Shown one piece after another: positions 1 through 7,477 of a DNA stretch of 63,668 nucleotides. The notes beneath the pieces are model-generated. The model saw nothing but the letters and a program-made list of their open reading frames with translations. It did no database searches and was not told the origin of the DNA. How positions within the stretch are numbered: position 1 is the first letter of the stretch; each line of letters opens with the position of its first letter. Made by a program: the position numbers and the translations under genes. Origin of the DNA: Kiritimatiellia bacterium (GTDB lineage Bacteria; Verrucomicrobiota; Kiritimatiellia; RFP12; DVOR01); NCBI GenBank assembly GCA_900771325.1, contig CAAGNN010000087.1:1-63668 (forward strand), in the 5' to 3' direction.

Positions 1-154
1 ACCCGCCCCGGGTTGCCCCCCGACCCGCCCCGGGTTGCCCCCCGACCCGCCCCGGGTTGCCCCCCGACCCGCCCCGGGTTGACCTCCGACCCGCCCCGGG
101 TTGCCCCCCGACCCGGCCCGGGTTGACCTTGGACCTGGGCCGGGAGGTGATGTG
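1..154. repeat. 22-bp tandem array (GC-type), 6 clean + 1 degenerate unit, probably truncated by the window edge
   Basis: ACCCGCCCCGGGTTGCCCCCCG-type unit starts at 1,23,45,67,89,111,133. The units abut with no spacers. Confidence 0.95.
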
Positions 155-193
155 GGTGGGTGGGAACTTTTTTAGGGAGCGGGTGTTTTTTGC

Positions 194-223
194 TTGACGC
201 GGGGGCGGTGGATGGCGCATAAT
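194..223 (+). promoter_or_regulatory. putative sigma70-type promoter TTGACG-N18-CATAAT
   Basis: TTGACG at 194-199 and CATAAT at 218-223, 31 nt upstream of the ATG at 255. Confidence 0.4.
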
Positions 224-254
224 AGGGGCGAATTCAAGGACTGCGCGGCGCTTC

Positions 255-536
255 ATGCAAGAACTTCTCAAGCGAATGTTGGTTTGTTTTACCTTCATCG
301 GGATGTTGGTTAGCATCTCGGTGGCGTTTCGCTGTTTCGTGCCGCGCTACCGCGCCTGGAACGAGAGTTGCGCGCTCCGCCAGAGTTTGCAGGATGAGGT
401 CGACGGCCTTCGCCGGGAGATTGCCGAGACGAAGCGGAAGGTCGACCGTTTCCACTCTTCCAAGTGGTTCGTTGAGCGCCTGGCGCGCGAGAATCACCGC
501 GTGGCCGAGAACGAGATCGTCTTCGTCTTCGAGTAA
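255..536 (+). CDS. FtsB/DivIC-like septum formation initiator (small bitopic membrane protein)
   Basis: 93 aa. N-terminal TM (LVCFTFIGMLVSISVAF), coiled-coil (LQDEVDGLRREIAETKRKV), and a C-terminal VERLARENHRVAENEIVF like the FtsB/DivIC family tail. Confidence 0.6.
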   Translation: MQELLKRMLVCFTFIGMLVSISVAFRCFVPRYRAWNESCALRQSLQDEVDGLRREIAETKRKVDRFHSSKWFVERLARENHRVAENEIVFVFE

Positions 537-544
537 ATTCTCTA

Positions 545-1384
545 ATGATTCCCGAGGAATTGCTGATTTTTGCCGGGCGTGGCGAGTATCCGGAAGCGGT
601 GCTTGCCGGGGCGCGGGCGGCCGGGGTGAAGCGTATTCTCGTGGCGGGGGGGCGGGGGATGGCCTCGCGCAAACTGTTGCGAGCGGCCGATGAGGCGGTG
701 GTCTTTGGGGTGGGCGAGCTGCAGCGCGCGCTTGATTGGCTCGAGCAGCGGCGCGTGGCCTATATGTTGCTCGCCGGGCAGATTACCCCTGCCGCGCTCT
801 TTTGCACCCGCTTTGATGCCCTGACGCGCCGGATTTTCGCCGAACTGCCGGTCAAGAACGCGCACACCATCTTTGGGCGCATCATCCAGGAGGTGGAATC
901 GCGCGGGACGCAGGTGGTCCCGGCCTCGTGCTTTATGGGCGCGCATCTGCCGGGCGTGGGCGTGCTGACTGCGCGCGCGCCGGATGCGCGCGAGGCGCAG
1001 GATATCGACTTTGGCCACCGCGCGGCGATGGGGGTCTGCGCGCTGGATATTGGGCAGACGCTCTTGGTCAAGGAGGGGATGGTGCTGGCGGTGGAGGCTT
1101 TCGAGGGGACGAATGCCACCTTGCGGCGCGGGGCGAAGCTCGGCGGGCGCGGGGCGGTGATGATTAAGGTGGCCAAGGCGGGCCACGATATGCGCTTCGA
1201 TATTCCGGTCTTTGGCGAGCACACCCTCAAACTCTGCCGCAAGTGCGGCATCTCCGCCGTGGCCTTCCAGGCCGGGCGATTGGTGATGCTCAACCGCGCG
1301 CGCGTGGTGGACCTCGCCAACCGCGCGGGCATTTCCCTCATCGGCCTTGATAGCGGCCTGCCGCCGGCACCCTTAGAACCGTGA
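545..1384 (+). CDS. lpxI: UDP-2,3-diacylglucosamine pyrophosphatase LpxI (DUF1009 family)
   Basis: 279 aa. N-terminal LLIFAGRGEYP and C-terminal HDMRFDIPVFGEHT...GISAVAFQAG match the LpxI layout. The ATG lies 8 nt after the upstream stop. Confidence 0.65.
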   Translation: MIPEELLIFAGRGEYPEAVLAGARAAGVKRILVAGGRGMASRKLLRAADEAVVFGVGELQRALDWLEQRRVAYMLLAGQITPAALFCTRFDALTRRIFAELPVKNAHTIFGRIIQEVESRGTQVVPASCFMGAHLPGVGVLTARAPDAREAQDIDFGHRAAMGVCALDIGQTLLVKEGMVLAVEAFEGTNATLRRGAKLGGRGAVMIKVAKAGHDMRFDIPVFGEHTLKLCRKCGISAVAFQAGRLVMLNRARVVDLANRAGISLIGLDSGLPPAPLEP

Positions 1385-1395
1385 AAAGGCTCTCG

Positions 1396-1528
1396 GCGCT
1401 GCGCGCCGCTCGCGGATAGGCGATAGACGATAGGCGTGAATGCTGTCGCCAGAGGTCTAGGCCCGGCCCAATCTCAAAAGTTTCTCCGTCGCGGAACGCG
1501 ACTGTCGACTGCCGACTGTCGACTGTGC
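1396..1528. repeat. mosaic intergenic element, copy left of uvrC
   Basis: Modules in order: GCTGCGC..GCTCGC terminus; GATAGGC/GATAGAC/GATAGGC heptamers (1415-1435); GTGAATGCTG-CGCCAGAGGT linker; CCGTCGCGGAACGCG (1486-1500); ACTGTCG-type heptamers x4 (1501-1528). About 100 nt aligns to the reverse complement of 3121-3240. Confidence 0.85.
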
Positions 1529-1542
1529 TCGCCGGCGGCGAG

Positions 1543-3018
1543 CTAGTCCGGGTCCTTGACGCGGGCTTGGAGGGCTTGTTTGATGGCGTGGGCGAGGGCG
1601 GCGGAGATGCCGGGCTGGGCGGCGATGTCGGCCTCGGGGGCGGCGGCGAGGCGGCGGACGGAGCCGAAGGCCGCGAGGAGTTGGCGCTTGCGGGTGGGGC
1701 CGATGCCGGGGAGTTCGTCGAGAATCGACTCTTTGAGTGCGCGCAGACGGAGGGCGCGGTTGAAGGTGATGGCGAAGCGGTGGGCTTCGTCGCGCAAGCG
1801 GATGAGGATTTGGAGGGCGGGGGCGTCGTGGGGGAGGACGAGGTTGGGGCGGCCGTCGTCGAGGACGATCTCCTCGTAGTGTTCGTTGAGGCCGGCGACG
1901 GGGATTTGGTCGAAGAGGCCGAGCTCGCGGAGGACTTCGCGGGTGGCGCGGACTTGGAGCTGGGCACCGTCGCAGAGGATGAGGTCGGGGTAGGGGGCGT
2001 GCTCGTCGCGCAGACGGGTGTAGCGGCGGCGGATGACTTCGGCCATCGCCTGCGGGTCGTTGTTGGTGACGGTGCGGACGTGGAAGCGGCGATAACGGCG
2101 TTTGTCGGGGACCCCGTCGCAGGCCACGACCATCGAGGCGACGGTGTGGGTGCCCATCAGGTGCGAGATGTCGAAGCACTCGATGACGCGCGGTGGGGCG
2201 GCGAGGCCGAGCAGTTGGGCCAGCTCGGCGAGGCCTTCCTGGGCGGTGGGGCGCTTGAGGGCGGGCATCAGGCGGGCCTTGGCGCGCTCGCGGGTGAGCT
2301 CTTTGAGGGCCAGCCAGGTGTCGCGGAGGCGGGCGGCGCGCTCGTAATCCTGGCGAGCGGCGGCGGCCTCCATCTGCTCGCGCACTTCGTCAATGAGGGC
2401 GGGGCGTTCGCCGCGCAGGAAGGCGCAGGCTTCGTCGAAGCGCGCGCGGTAGTCGGCCTGGGAGATGCGCCCGAGGCAGGGGGCCGAGCAGAAGCGGACG
2501 ATGTCGTCGAGGCAGTGGGTGTGGTCCTCCGGGCCCGGGTTTCGGGCGGGGCACTTGCGCAGACCAAAGCGGCGTTCGGTGAAGTCGATGGCCATCCGCA
2601 CCACGGTCGAGGAGGGGAAGGGGCCGAAGTAGAGCGCGCCATCCTCGCGGACAATGCGGCAGGTGGTCAGGCGCGGGAAGGGGAGGGTGGGGTCGGCCTT
2701 GAGGGAGAGGTAGCGCTTGTCGTCGCGCAGCAGGATGTTGAAGCGCGGGCGGTAGGTTTTGATGAGGTGGCTCTCGGTGAGGAGGGCCTCGGCCTCGCTA
2801 CGCACCACGCGGATCTCGAGGTCTTCAACGTGGTGGACGAGGCTGAGGAGTTTGGGGGGCGCGTGGCGGAGGGTGGAGGCGCGGAAGTAACTCTGCACGC
2901 GCCGGCGCAGGTTGACGGCCTTGCCCACGTAGATGATGGTGCCCGCGCGGTCGCGATAGAGGTAGCACCCGGGCTTTTCCGGCAGGTGCTTGAGCTTTTC
3001 GCGCAGGCGCTCGTTCAT
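1543..3018 (-). CDS. uvrC: excinuclease ABC subunit C
   Basis: GIY-YIG motif GCYLYRDRAGTIIYVGKAVNLRRRVQSYF at the N-terminus and a C-terminal HhH region. Start set to the ATG at 3018 (MNERLREKL), which is M63 of the listed ORF. Confidence 0.93.
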   Translation of the reverse strand: MNERLREKLKHLPEKPGCYLYRDRAGTIIYVGKAVNLRRRVQSYFRASTLRHAPPKLLSLVHHVEDLEIRVVRSEAEALLTESHLIKTYRPRFNILLRDDKRYLSLKADPTLPFPRLTTCRIVREDGALYFGPFPSSTVVRMAIDFTERRFGLRKCPARNPGPEDHTHCLDDIVRFCSAPCLGRISQADYRARFDEACAFLRGERPALIDEVREQMEAAAARQDYERAARLRDTWLALKELTRERAKARLMPALKRPTAQEGLAELAQLLGLAAPPRVIECFDISHLMGTHTVASMVVACDGVPDKRRYRRFHVRTVTNNDPQAMAEVIRRRYTRLRDEHAPYPDLILCDGAQLQVRATREVLRELGLFDQIPVAGLNEHYEEIVLDDGRPNLVLPHDAPALQILIRLRDEAHRFAITFNRALRLRALKESILDELPGIGPTRKRQLLAAFGSVRRLAAAPEADIAAQPGISAALAHAIKQALQARVKDPD

Positions 3019-3120
3019 TGAGTTGATCTCGTCTCGGGCTTGGAGAGGAACTGTGGGAGGAGAGGAGGAGATAACCGACTGGCTATCGATAGGCGGGAAA
3101 ACTCGCCGTGCTACGCGCGG

Positions 3121-3240
3121 CTCGCGATAGACGGGAAGCGCGTGCCGCGACGGGCAATCTCTTGGGCTTGGGCCGGGCTCTCCACCTCTGGCGCCAGCAT
3201 TCACGCCTATCGCCTATCGCCTATCCGTGAGCGCAGCGAA
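3121..3240. repeat. mosaic intergenic element, inverted copy right of uvrC
   Basis: CGCGTGCCGCGACGG (3139-3153), CGCCTAT x3 (3204-3224) and GAGCGCAGCGAA (3229-3240). The reverse complement aligns with 1396-1500. Confidence 0.85.
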
Positions 3241-3249
3241 CACCTCGCA

Positions 3250-4287
3250 TCAATCAAAATGAATGCGCGGGTCGATGAGCATATAGCAGAAGTCGGAGAT
3301 GAGGTTGCCGAGGAGCTGGATGGAGGCGGTCATCACCAGCATCGCCATAAAGACCGCGTAGTCGTGGCCTACGAGTGCGTTCAGCGACAGCTGGCCCATG
3401 CCGGGGATCTCGAAGAGGGTCTCGATAATCATCGAGCCGGCAAAGAGCACGCCCAGCACCCCGCCAAAGCCCGTAGCAATCGGGATGAGCGCGTTGCGCA
3501 GCGCGTGGCACCAAATCGCCCGGCTGCGCTTGGCGCCCTTGGCGAGCACGGTGCGCACGTAGTCCGCGCTCATCTGCTCCATCAGCGAGTTCTTCATCAT
3601 AATCGTCAGCAGCGCGAAGGAGGTCATCACATAGGCGATCACCGGCAGGACCATATGGTACGCGCGGTCGCAGAAGAGCGTCCAACCGCCCGCAGCCGCT
3701 GCGGCATCGCTCTCAAAGCCGCCGATCGGGAAGATATCCCAGAGTCCATCGACCGTGCCGCTCAGGCACATCTTGAGGATCATGCCCACCGCAAAGGAGG
3801 GAATGGCGTAGGCGGAGAAGACGATGATACTGGAGGCGAAGTCGAAGGGCGTGCCGTGGCGTAGGGCCTTGGCAATGCCCAGCGGAATACAGACTAGGTA
3901 GCTCATCAAGAACGAGACGATGCCGAACCAGAGCGAGACCGGCAGCCGCCGCCGGATGAGTTCCCACGCCGTCCGGTCCGGGTACTCGTAGCTCTTCATC
4001 TTCATTCCCAGACCGTCGCGGAAGGCCCAGGTGACATACTGCTTCCACATCGGCTGATCGAAGCCGAACTGCTTCTCGAGTTCCTTCTTCATCCCTTCGC
4101 TGATGAGCGCGGCATTGGCCCCGCCGCCGGCTTCGCCGCCGCCGCCCATCCCGCGCATCTGCGCCAACTTCAGGTCCACCGGCCCGCCCGGCAGCAGACG
4201 CGTCAGCAGAAAGCAGGCAATCGTAATCCCGAAGAAGGTCGGCACAAGCAACATTAAACGGCGAAGCAGATACTGAAGTCGATTCAT
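3250..4287 (-). CDS. ABC transporter permease, OppB/DppB/YejB type
   Basis: N-terminus LLRRLMLLVPTFFGITIACFLLTRLLPGGPVD is typical of this permease family, and the protein is polytopic. Start set to the ATG at 4287 (MNRLQYLL). The GTG at 4329 overlaps the predicted -10. Confidence 0.8.
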   Translation of the reverse strand: MNRLQYLLRRLMLLVPTFFGITIACFLLTRLLPGGPVDLKLAQMRGMGGGGEAGGGANAALISEGMKKELEKQFGFDQPMWKQYVTWAFRDGLGMKMKSYEYPDRTAWELIRRRLPVSLWFGIVSFLMSYLVCIPLGIAKALRHGTPFDFASSIIVFSAYAIPSFAVGMILKMCLSGTVDGLWDIFPIGGFESDAAAAAGGWTLFCDRAYHMVLPVIAYVMTSFALLTIMMKNSLMEQMSADYVRTVLAKGAKRSRAIWCHALRNALIPIATGFGGVLGVLFAGSMIIETLFEIPGMGQLSLNALVGHDYAVFMAMLVMTASIQLLGNLISDFCYMLIDPRIHFD

Positions 4288-4317
4288 AGCAATAGGGCCC
4301 TCGGTGTGAACGGCGCA

Positions 4318-4328
4318 ATCATACCACA
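4318..4328 (-). promoter_or_regulatory. extended -10 element TGTGGTATGAT
   Basis: The reverse complement of 4318-4328 reads TGTGGTATGAT, an instance of the recurrent TGTG-N-TAnnnT motif, 30 nt upstream of the ATG at 4287. Confidence 0.4.
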
Positions 4329-4500
4329 CTCACCCCCGCGCTGTCACCTCTTTTACGCACGCCGCGTGGATGGGGCGGGGGCTACTCGTTCCCACGCCCC
4401 TCGGCAGGACGATGACATAGCTCCTGCGGACTTGCTCGCCCTGCACCCCGGGAGCGCGGTGTGCTCCACCCCGGCCGCCGCGCCCTCCGGTCACGTCGGC

Positions 4501-4546
4501 TCTGTCAGCTGTCCTCTGTCATCTCTCATCGCGAGCGCAGCGAGCC
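4501..4546. repeat. 7-bp microsatellite plus GAGCGCAGCGAGCC terminal motif (mosaic element module)
   Basis: TCTGTCA GCTGTCC TCTGTCA TCTCTCA TCGCGAG (4501-4535), then CGCAGCGAGCC. Confidence 0.8.
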
Positions 4547-4570
4547 ACTTTCACGCGCAGGGTCATTTTG

Positions 4571-4680
4571 CATCCGCCCCGGGTTCGCCTCGAGGTAGGC
4601 CCGGGTTGACCCTCGACCCGGGGCGGGTTGGCCTTGGACCCGGGGCGGGTTGACTTCGGACCCGGGGCGGGTGGTTGAGG
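4571..4680. repeat. 22-bp tandem array, 5 units
   Basis: Units start at 4571, 4593, 4615, 4637 and 4659. The last three carry the GGG-centre variant GACCCGGGGCGGGTTG. Confidence 0.9.
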
Positions 4681-4752
4681 GGGGCGGCGGGGGCTTGCTT
4701 TTTTCGGGGGGAGTGCGCTATGCTATTAGCGAATCTTAATTAGGAGGTTAGT

Positions 4753-6126
4753 ATGAACGAGACAACCGATTTGGTGCCCCAACAGGATGAGGTCCTTAAA
4801 CTCTTTGAGCAGGAGGAGCGCGGCTACTTCCGCCGTCTGGTCGATATGTTCCGTGGGTTGACCCAGCCGCGCGAGACGTTGGCCCACAAGGAGGCGATGA
4901 AGGAGTTGCAGCGCCAGTGGGCGCCGCTGCTAGGCATCACCTTCCCTCTGCTGGTCTGCGCGATTATGTGCTCGGTCTCGATTGGCGGGAAGGGCGTGCC
5001 GCCGCCGGCGGTCGAGGTCGAGGTGATTGAACCGACGCAGAGCGAACAGCTCGACGAGGTTGAGCCCCCGCCCCCGGAAGAGCTCGATGTGGAGACCGAC
5101 ATTGTCGACGACTTTGTCACCGACATTCCCTTCCCGGCCATCGGCGAGGTGACCCAGGAGCCGATTTCCGCCACGCCCCCGGTGCAGTTGACCGCCTCGG
5201 TCGTTAAGATGGTGGGCATTCCCACACGCGGATCGGGCGGCGGCGGCATCGGCGGCGGCACCCGTCTGGCCGGCGATATGGTGGGAATGTTCATCGACCT
5301 CTCGCGCAACGCGCAGGGGCAGCCGCGCCCCGAGCTTGCCAAGAACCGCTTCGGCCAATTCTTCAAGGACATCAACCACATCACCACCACCGGCTTTACC
5401 AAGGAGTCCTTCGCACCCTTCTTCGTGGTGCCCCAGCGCGTCTACCTCTCCCACATCGTCCTCCCGCGCGTCAAGTCCGCCATTGGCCCGGAGACCTTCA
5501 AGGTCGATAAGCAGGTCAAGAAGGGCTCGCCCTGGGCGGCGGTCTACCGCGGCCAACTCCAGCCCGAGGCCTCCGGCACCTACCGTCTGGCCGGGCTCTA
5601 CGACGACGTGATGGTCGTGCGCGTCAATGGCAAGACCGTCTTCGAGTTCGCCTGGGATACCCGCAACGCCAAGGCCGGCGAACAGACCACCATCAAGAGC
5701 GGTTGGACGCTCAAGGACCCGGCCGTTACCGGCGCCCACAAGCTCGCCGGCTACGAGAACACCCCGCTCACCTACGGCGACTGGTTTACCCTGCGTGCCG
5801 ACCAGAGCGTCCCCATCGAGATCCTCATCGGTGACAACGGCGGTGACGGTGGCGACGGCGGCCGCACCGGCGGCATCCTCCTCCTCGAAAAGCAGGGCCA
5901 AACCTATGCCAAGACCCCCAACGGCGTCCCGCTCCTCCCGCCCTTCTGCACCACGCGCCTGACCTTCACCGAGCGTCAGCGCTTGGAGGAGATTGCCGAT
6001 GCCACCAACTCTAAGGGCGGCCACTACGCCTTCGCCCCCAAGTCCGTCCCCGTGATGAACACCTGCGGTAAGCACACCAAGCCGATGACCCAGGATGACA
6101 TCGAGGTGGACGTGGGCGACTTGTAA
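4753..6126 (+). CDS. membrane-anchored protein with C-terminal PA14-like domain
   Basis: AGGAGG sits 5 nt upstream of the ATG. One TM (ITFPLLVCAIMCSVSI) is followed by an acidic/Pro-rich linker. The C-terminal AVYRGQLQPEASGTYRLAGLYDDVMVVRVNGKTVFEF matches the PA14/GLEYA-type pattern G.Y.f....DD...l.vnG. Confidence 0.6.
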   Translation: MNETTDLVPQQDEVLKLFEQEERGYFRRLVDMFRGLTQPRETLAHKEAMKELQRQWAPLLGITFPLLVCAIMCSVSIGGKGVPPPAVEVEVIEPTQSEQLDEVEPPPPEELDVETDIVDDFVTDIPFPAIGEVTQEPISATPPVQLTASVVKMVGIPTRGSGGGGIGGGTRLAGDMVGMFIDLSRNAQGQPRPELAKNRFGQFFKDINHITTTGFTKESFAPFFVVPQRVYLSHIVLPRVKSAIGPETFKVDKQVKKGSPWAAVYRGQLQPEASGTYRLAGLYDDVMVVRVNGKTVFEFAWDTRNAKAGEQTTIKSGWTLKDPAVTGAHKLAGYENTPLTYGDWFTLRADQSVPIEILIGDNGGDGGDGGRTGGILLLEKQGQTYAKTPNGVPLLPPFCTTRLTFTERQRLEEIADATNSKGGHYAFAPKSVPVMNTCGKHTKPMTQDDIEVDVGDL

Positions 6127-6282
6127 CGCTTTGCGGCAAACACGCCATTAAGGTCTGGTTTGGGGGAGCGCTCCGCCCTGCGCTTCCCTACCTATTATCT
6201 ACGAGCCAAAAGACACCTCTCGCGCGGAAGGTCGATTGACGGACCGCGCTTTTGGTGTTTACCCACCCCGACTTCGCCCCGG

Positions 6283-6502
6283 CCCCACCCCAGGTCCGAG
6301 GTCGACCCGCCCCAGGTCCGAGGTTAACCCGCCCCAGGTCCGAGGTCGACCCGCCCCAGGTCCGAGGTCAACCCGGGGCGGATGCAAGGTCAACCCGGGG
6401 CGGATCCAAAACGAACCCGCCCCAGGTCCGAGGTTAACCCGCCCCAGATTCGAGGTCATCCCGGGGCGGATACGAGGTGGACCCGGGGCGGATCGTCTGA
6501 AA
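6283..6502. repeat. 22-bp tandem array, 10 units (variant subfamily)
   Basis: Units start at 6283, 6305, 6327 ... 6481. The consensus is ACCCGCCCCAGGTCCGAGGTnn, interspersed with ACCCGGGGCGGAT-type units. Confidence 0.95.
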
Positions 6503-6535
6503 CCGACCGCCACGCCATTCCTCCCCCCCGCCCCT

Positions 6536-6598
6536 CCGTCGCGGAACGCGCGCTGTCGACGTTCAACTGTTCACTCGCGACTCACTCGCGCAGCGAGG
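6536..6598. repeat. mosaic element tail: CCGTCGCGGAACGCG + 7-bp microsatellite + GCGCAGCGAGG
   Basis: CCGTCGCGGAACGCG at 6536-6550. Heptamers CTGTCGA CGTTCAA CTGTTCA CTCGCGA CTCACTC at 6553-6587. GCGCAGCGAGG at 6588-6598. Confidence 0.85.
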
Positions 6599-6620
6599 CT
6601 GCGGGTGTCGCAAAAAAGGC

Positions 6621-6649
6621 TTGCGTGTGGAGGAGAAAAGTGCTATTTT
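6621..6649 (+). promoter_or_regulatory. putative promoter TTGCGT-N17-TATTTT (TGc extended -10)
   Basis: TTGCGT at 6621-6626 and TATTTT at 6644-6649, preceded by GTGC. Confidence 0.45.
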
Positions 6650-6660
6650 ATAGGGACTTT

Positions 6661-6717
6661 CCTGCGACGTGTCTTAGGATACGTTCCCCGTTGCGGGCAA
6701 GCCCCGAGGTTCGGGGC
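6661..6717 (+). promoter_or_regulatory. structured rpsO 5' leader (two hairpins), candidate S15 autoregulatory element
   Basis: CCTGCGACG (6661-6669) can pair with CGTTGCGGG (6689-6697), including G-U pairs. GCCCCG (6701-6706) pairs with CGGGGC (6712-6717). S15 is known to autoregulate through leader structures in several phyla. Confidence 0.3.
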
Positions 6718-6760
6718 GGCTAGAAAGGTGTTAAAGACCCCAGATAATGGAGAAGACACC

Positions 6761-7018
6761 ATGATCGACAAGAATGCCATTCGCCAGCAGTTCCAGCGTC
6801 ACGAGCGTGACACCGGTTCGAGCGAAGTGCAGATCGCCACCCTCACCAAGAAGATCGAGATGCTCACCGAGCACCTGAAGGCCAACAAGAAGGATAACGC
6901 TTCGCGCTACGGCCTGATCCGCATGGTCAACAACCGCCGCAAGCTGTTGGACTACCTCAAGCGGACGAACGAGGAATCCTACCGCAAGATTATCGCCGAC
7001 CTCGGTCTGCGCCGCTAA
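6761..7018 (+). CDS. rpsO: 30S ribosomal protein S15
   Basis: 85 aa, [26 protein letters not shown]...[12 protein letters not shown]. Start at the internal ATG at 6761 of the listed ORF. The upstream part of that ORF runs through the repeat array. Confidence 0.97.
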   Translation: MIDKNAIRQQFQRHERDTGSSEVQIATLTKKIEMLTEHLKANKKDNASRYGLIRMVNNRRKLLDYLKRTNEESYRKIIADLGLRR

Positions 7019-7043
7019 TCGCGGAATTGCGTTGGAGCGAAGG

Positions 7044-7076
7044 GCGCGGCCGCGAGAGCGGTCGCGCTTTTCGTTT
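7044..7076 (+). terminator. rho-independent terminator after rpsO
   Basis: GCGCGGCCGC (7044-7053), loop GAGA, GCGGTCGCGC (7058-7067), then TTTTCGTTT. Confidence 0.75.
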
Positions 7077-7154
7077 GCGCTCGCGGGGTGGGGGAGTGAG
7101 GGGCTGCGGCCTATGCGGAAGGTCAGTAAAAAATGTGTGCGCGGTGGAATAAAG

Positions 7155-7165
7155 TGTGATACAAT
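7155..7165 (+). promoter_or_regulatory. extended -10 element TGTGATACAAT
   Basis: TGTG-N-TAnnnT motif 57 nt upstream of the oadG ATG. Confidence 0.45.
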
Positions 7166-7222
7166 GGCGGCGGTTTTTTGTTTTACGGCTCACTGGGCCG
7201 TCAATTCCAAAGAGGATAGGTT

Positions 7223-7435
7223 ATGCTCCAGCAAGGATTGGTTCTTTTGTGCGCAGGCATGGGGATTGCCGTTGGCTTCCTGAGTCTGCTCGCGGTGGTG
7301 ACGATAACGATGGGCAAGTACGCCCCGCGGCTGAATCTCTTCCCTGAGAGCGCGCCGAAGAAGGCGGCCGCGCCGGCGGCCTCGGCCGATGATGCGGCGA
7401 TTGCCGTGGCGATTGCGGTGGCCTCGCAGCGCTGA
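7223..7435 (+). CDS. oadG: Na+-translocating decarboxylase gamma subunit (OadG family)
   Basis: 70 aa. Single N-terminal TM, an Ala-rich tail ending AAIAVAIAVA, and a position directly upstream of the alpha and beta subunits. Confidence 0.7.
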   Translation: MLQQGLVLLCAGMGIAVGFLSLLAVVTITMGKYAPRLNLFPESAPKKAAAPAASADDAAIAVAIAVASQR

Positions 7436-7477
7436 TTTCCCGTTTTTCCCTCCCTTAAACACACTCAAGGTTAGACA

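Noticed and set aside
6761-7222. Missing canonical neighbours as anomalies: no pnp after rpsO, no rimP before nusA, no gyrB next to gyrA
   Set aside because: These syntenies vary among phyla. Clean terminator or promoter signals flank the genes here, so nothing suggests deletion or rearrangement.
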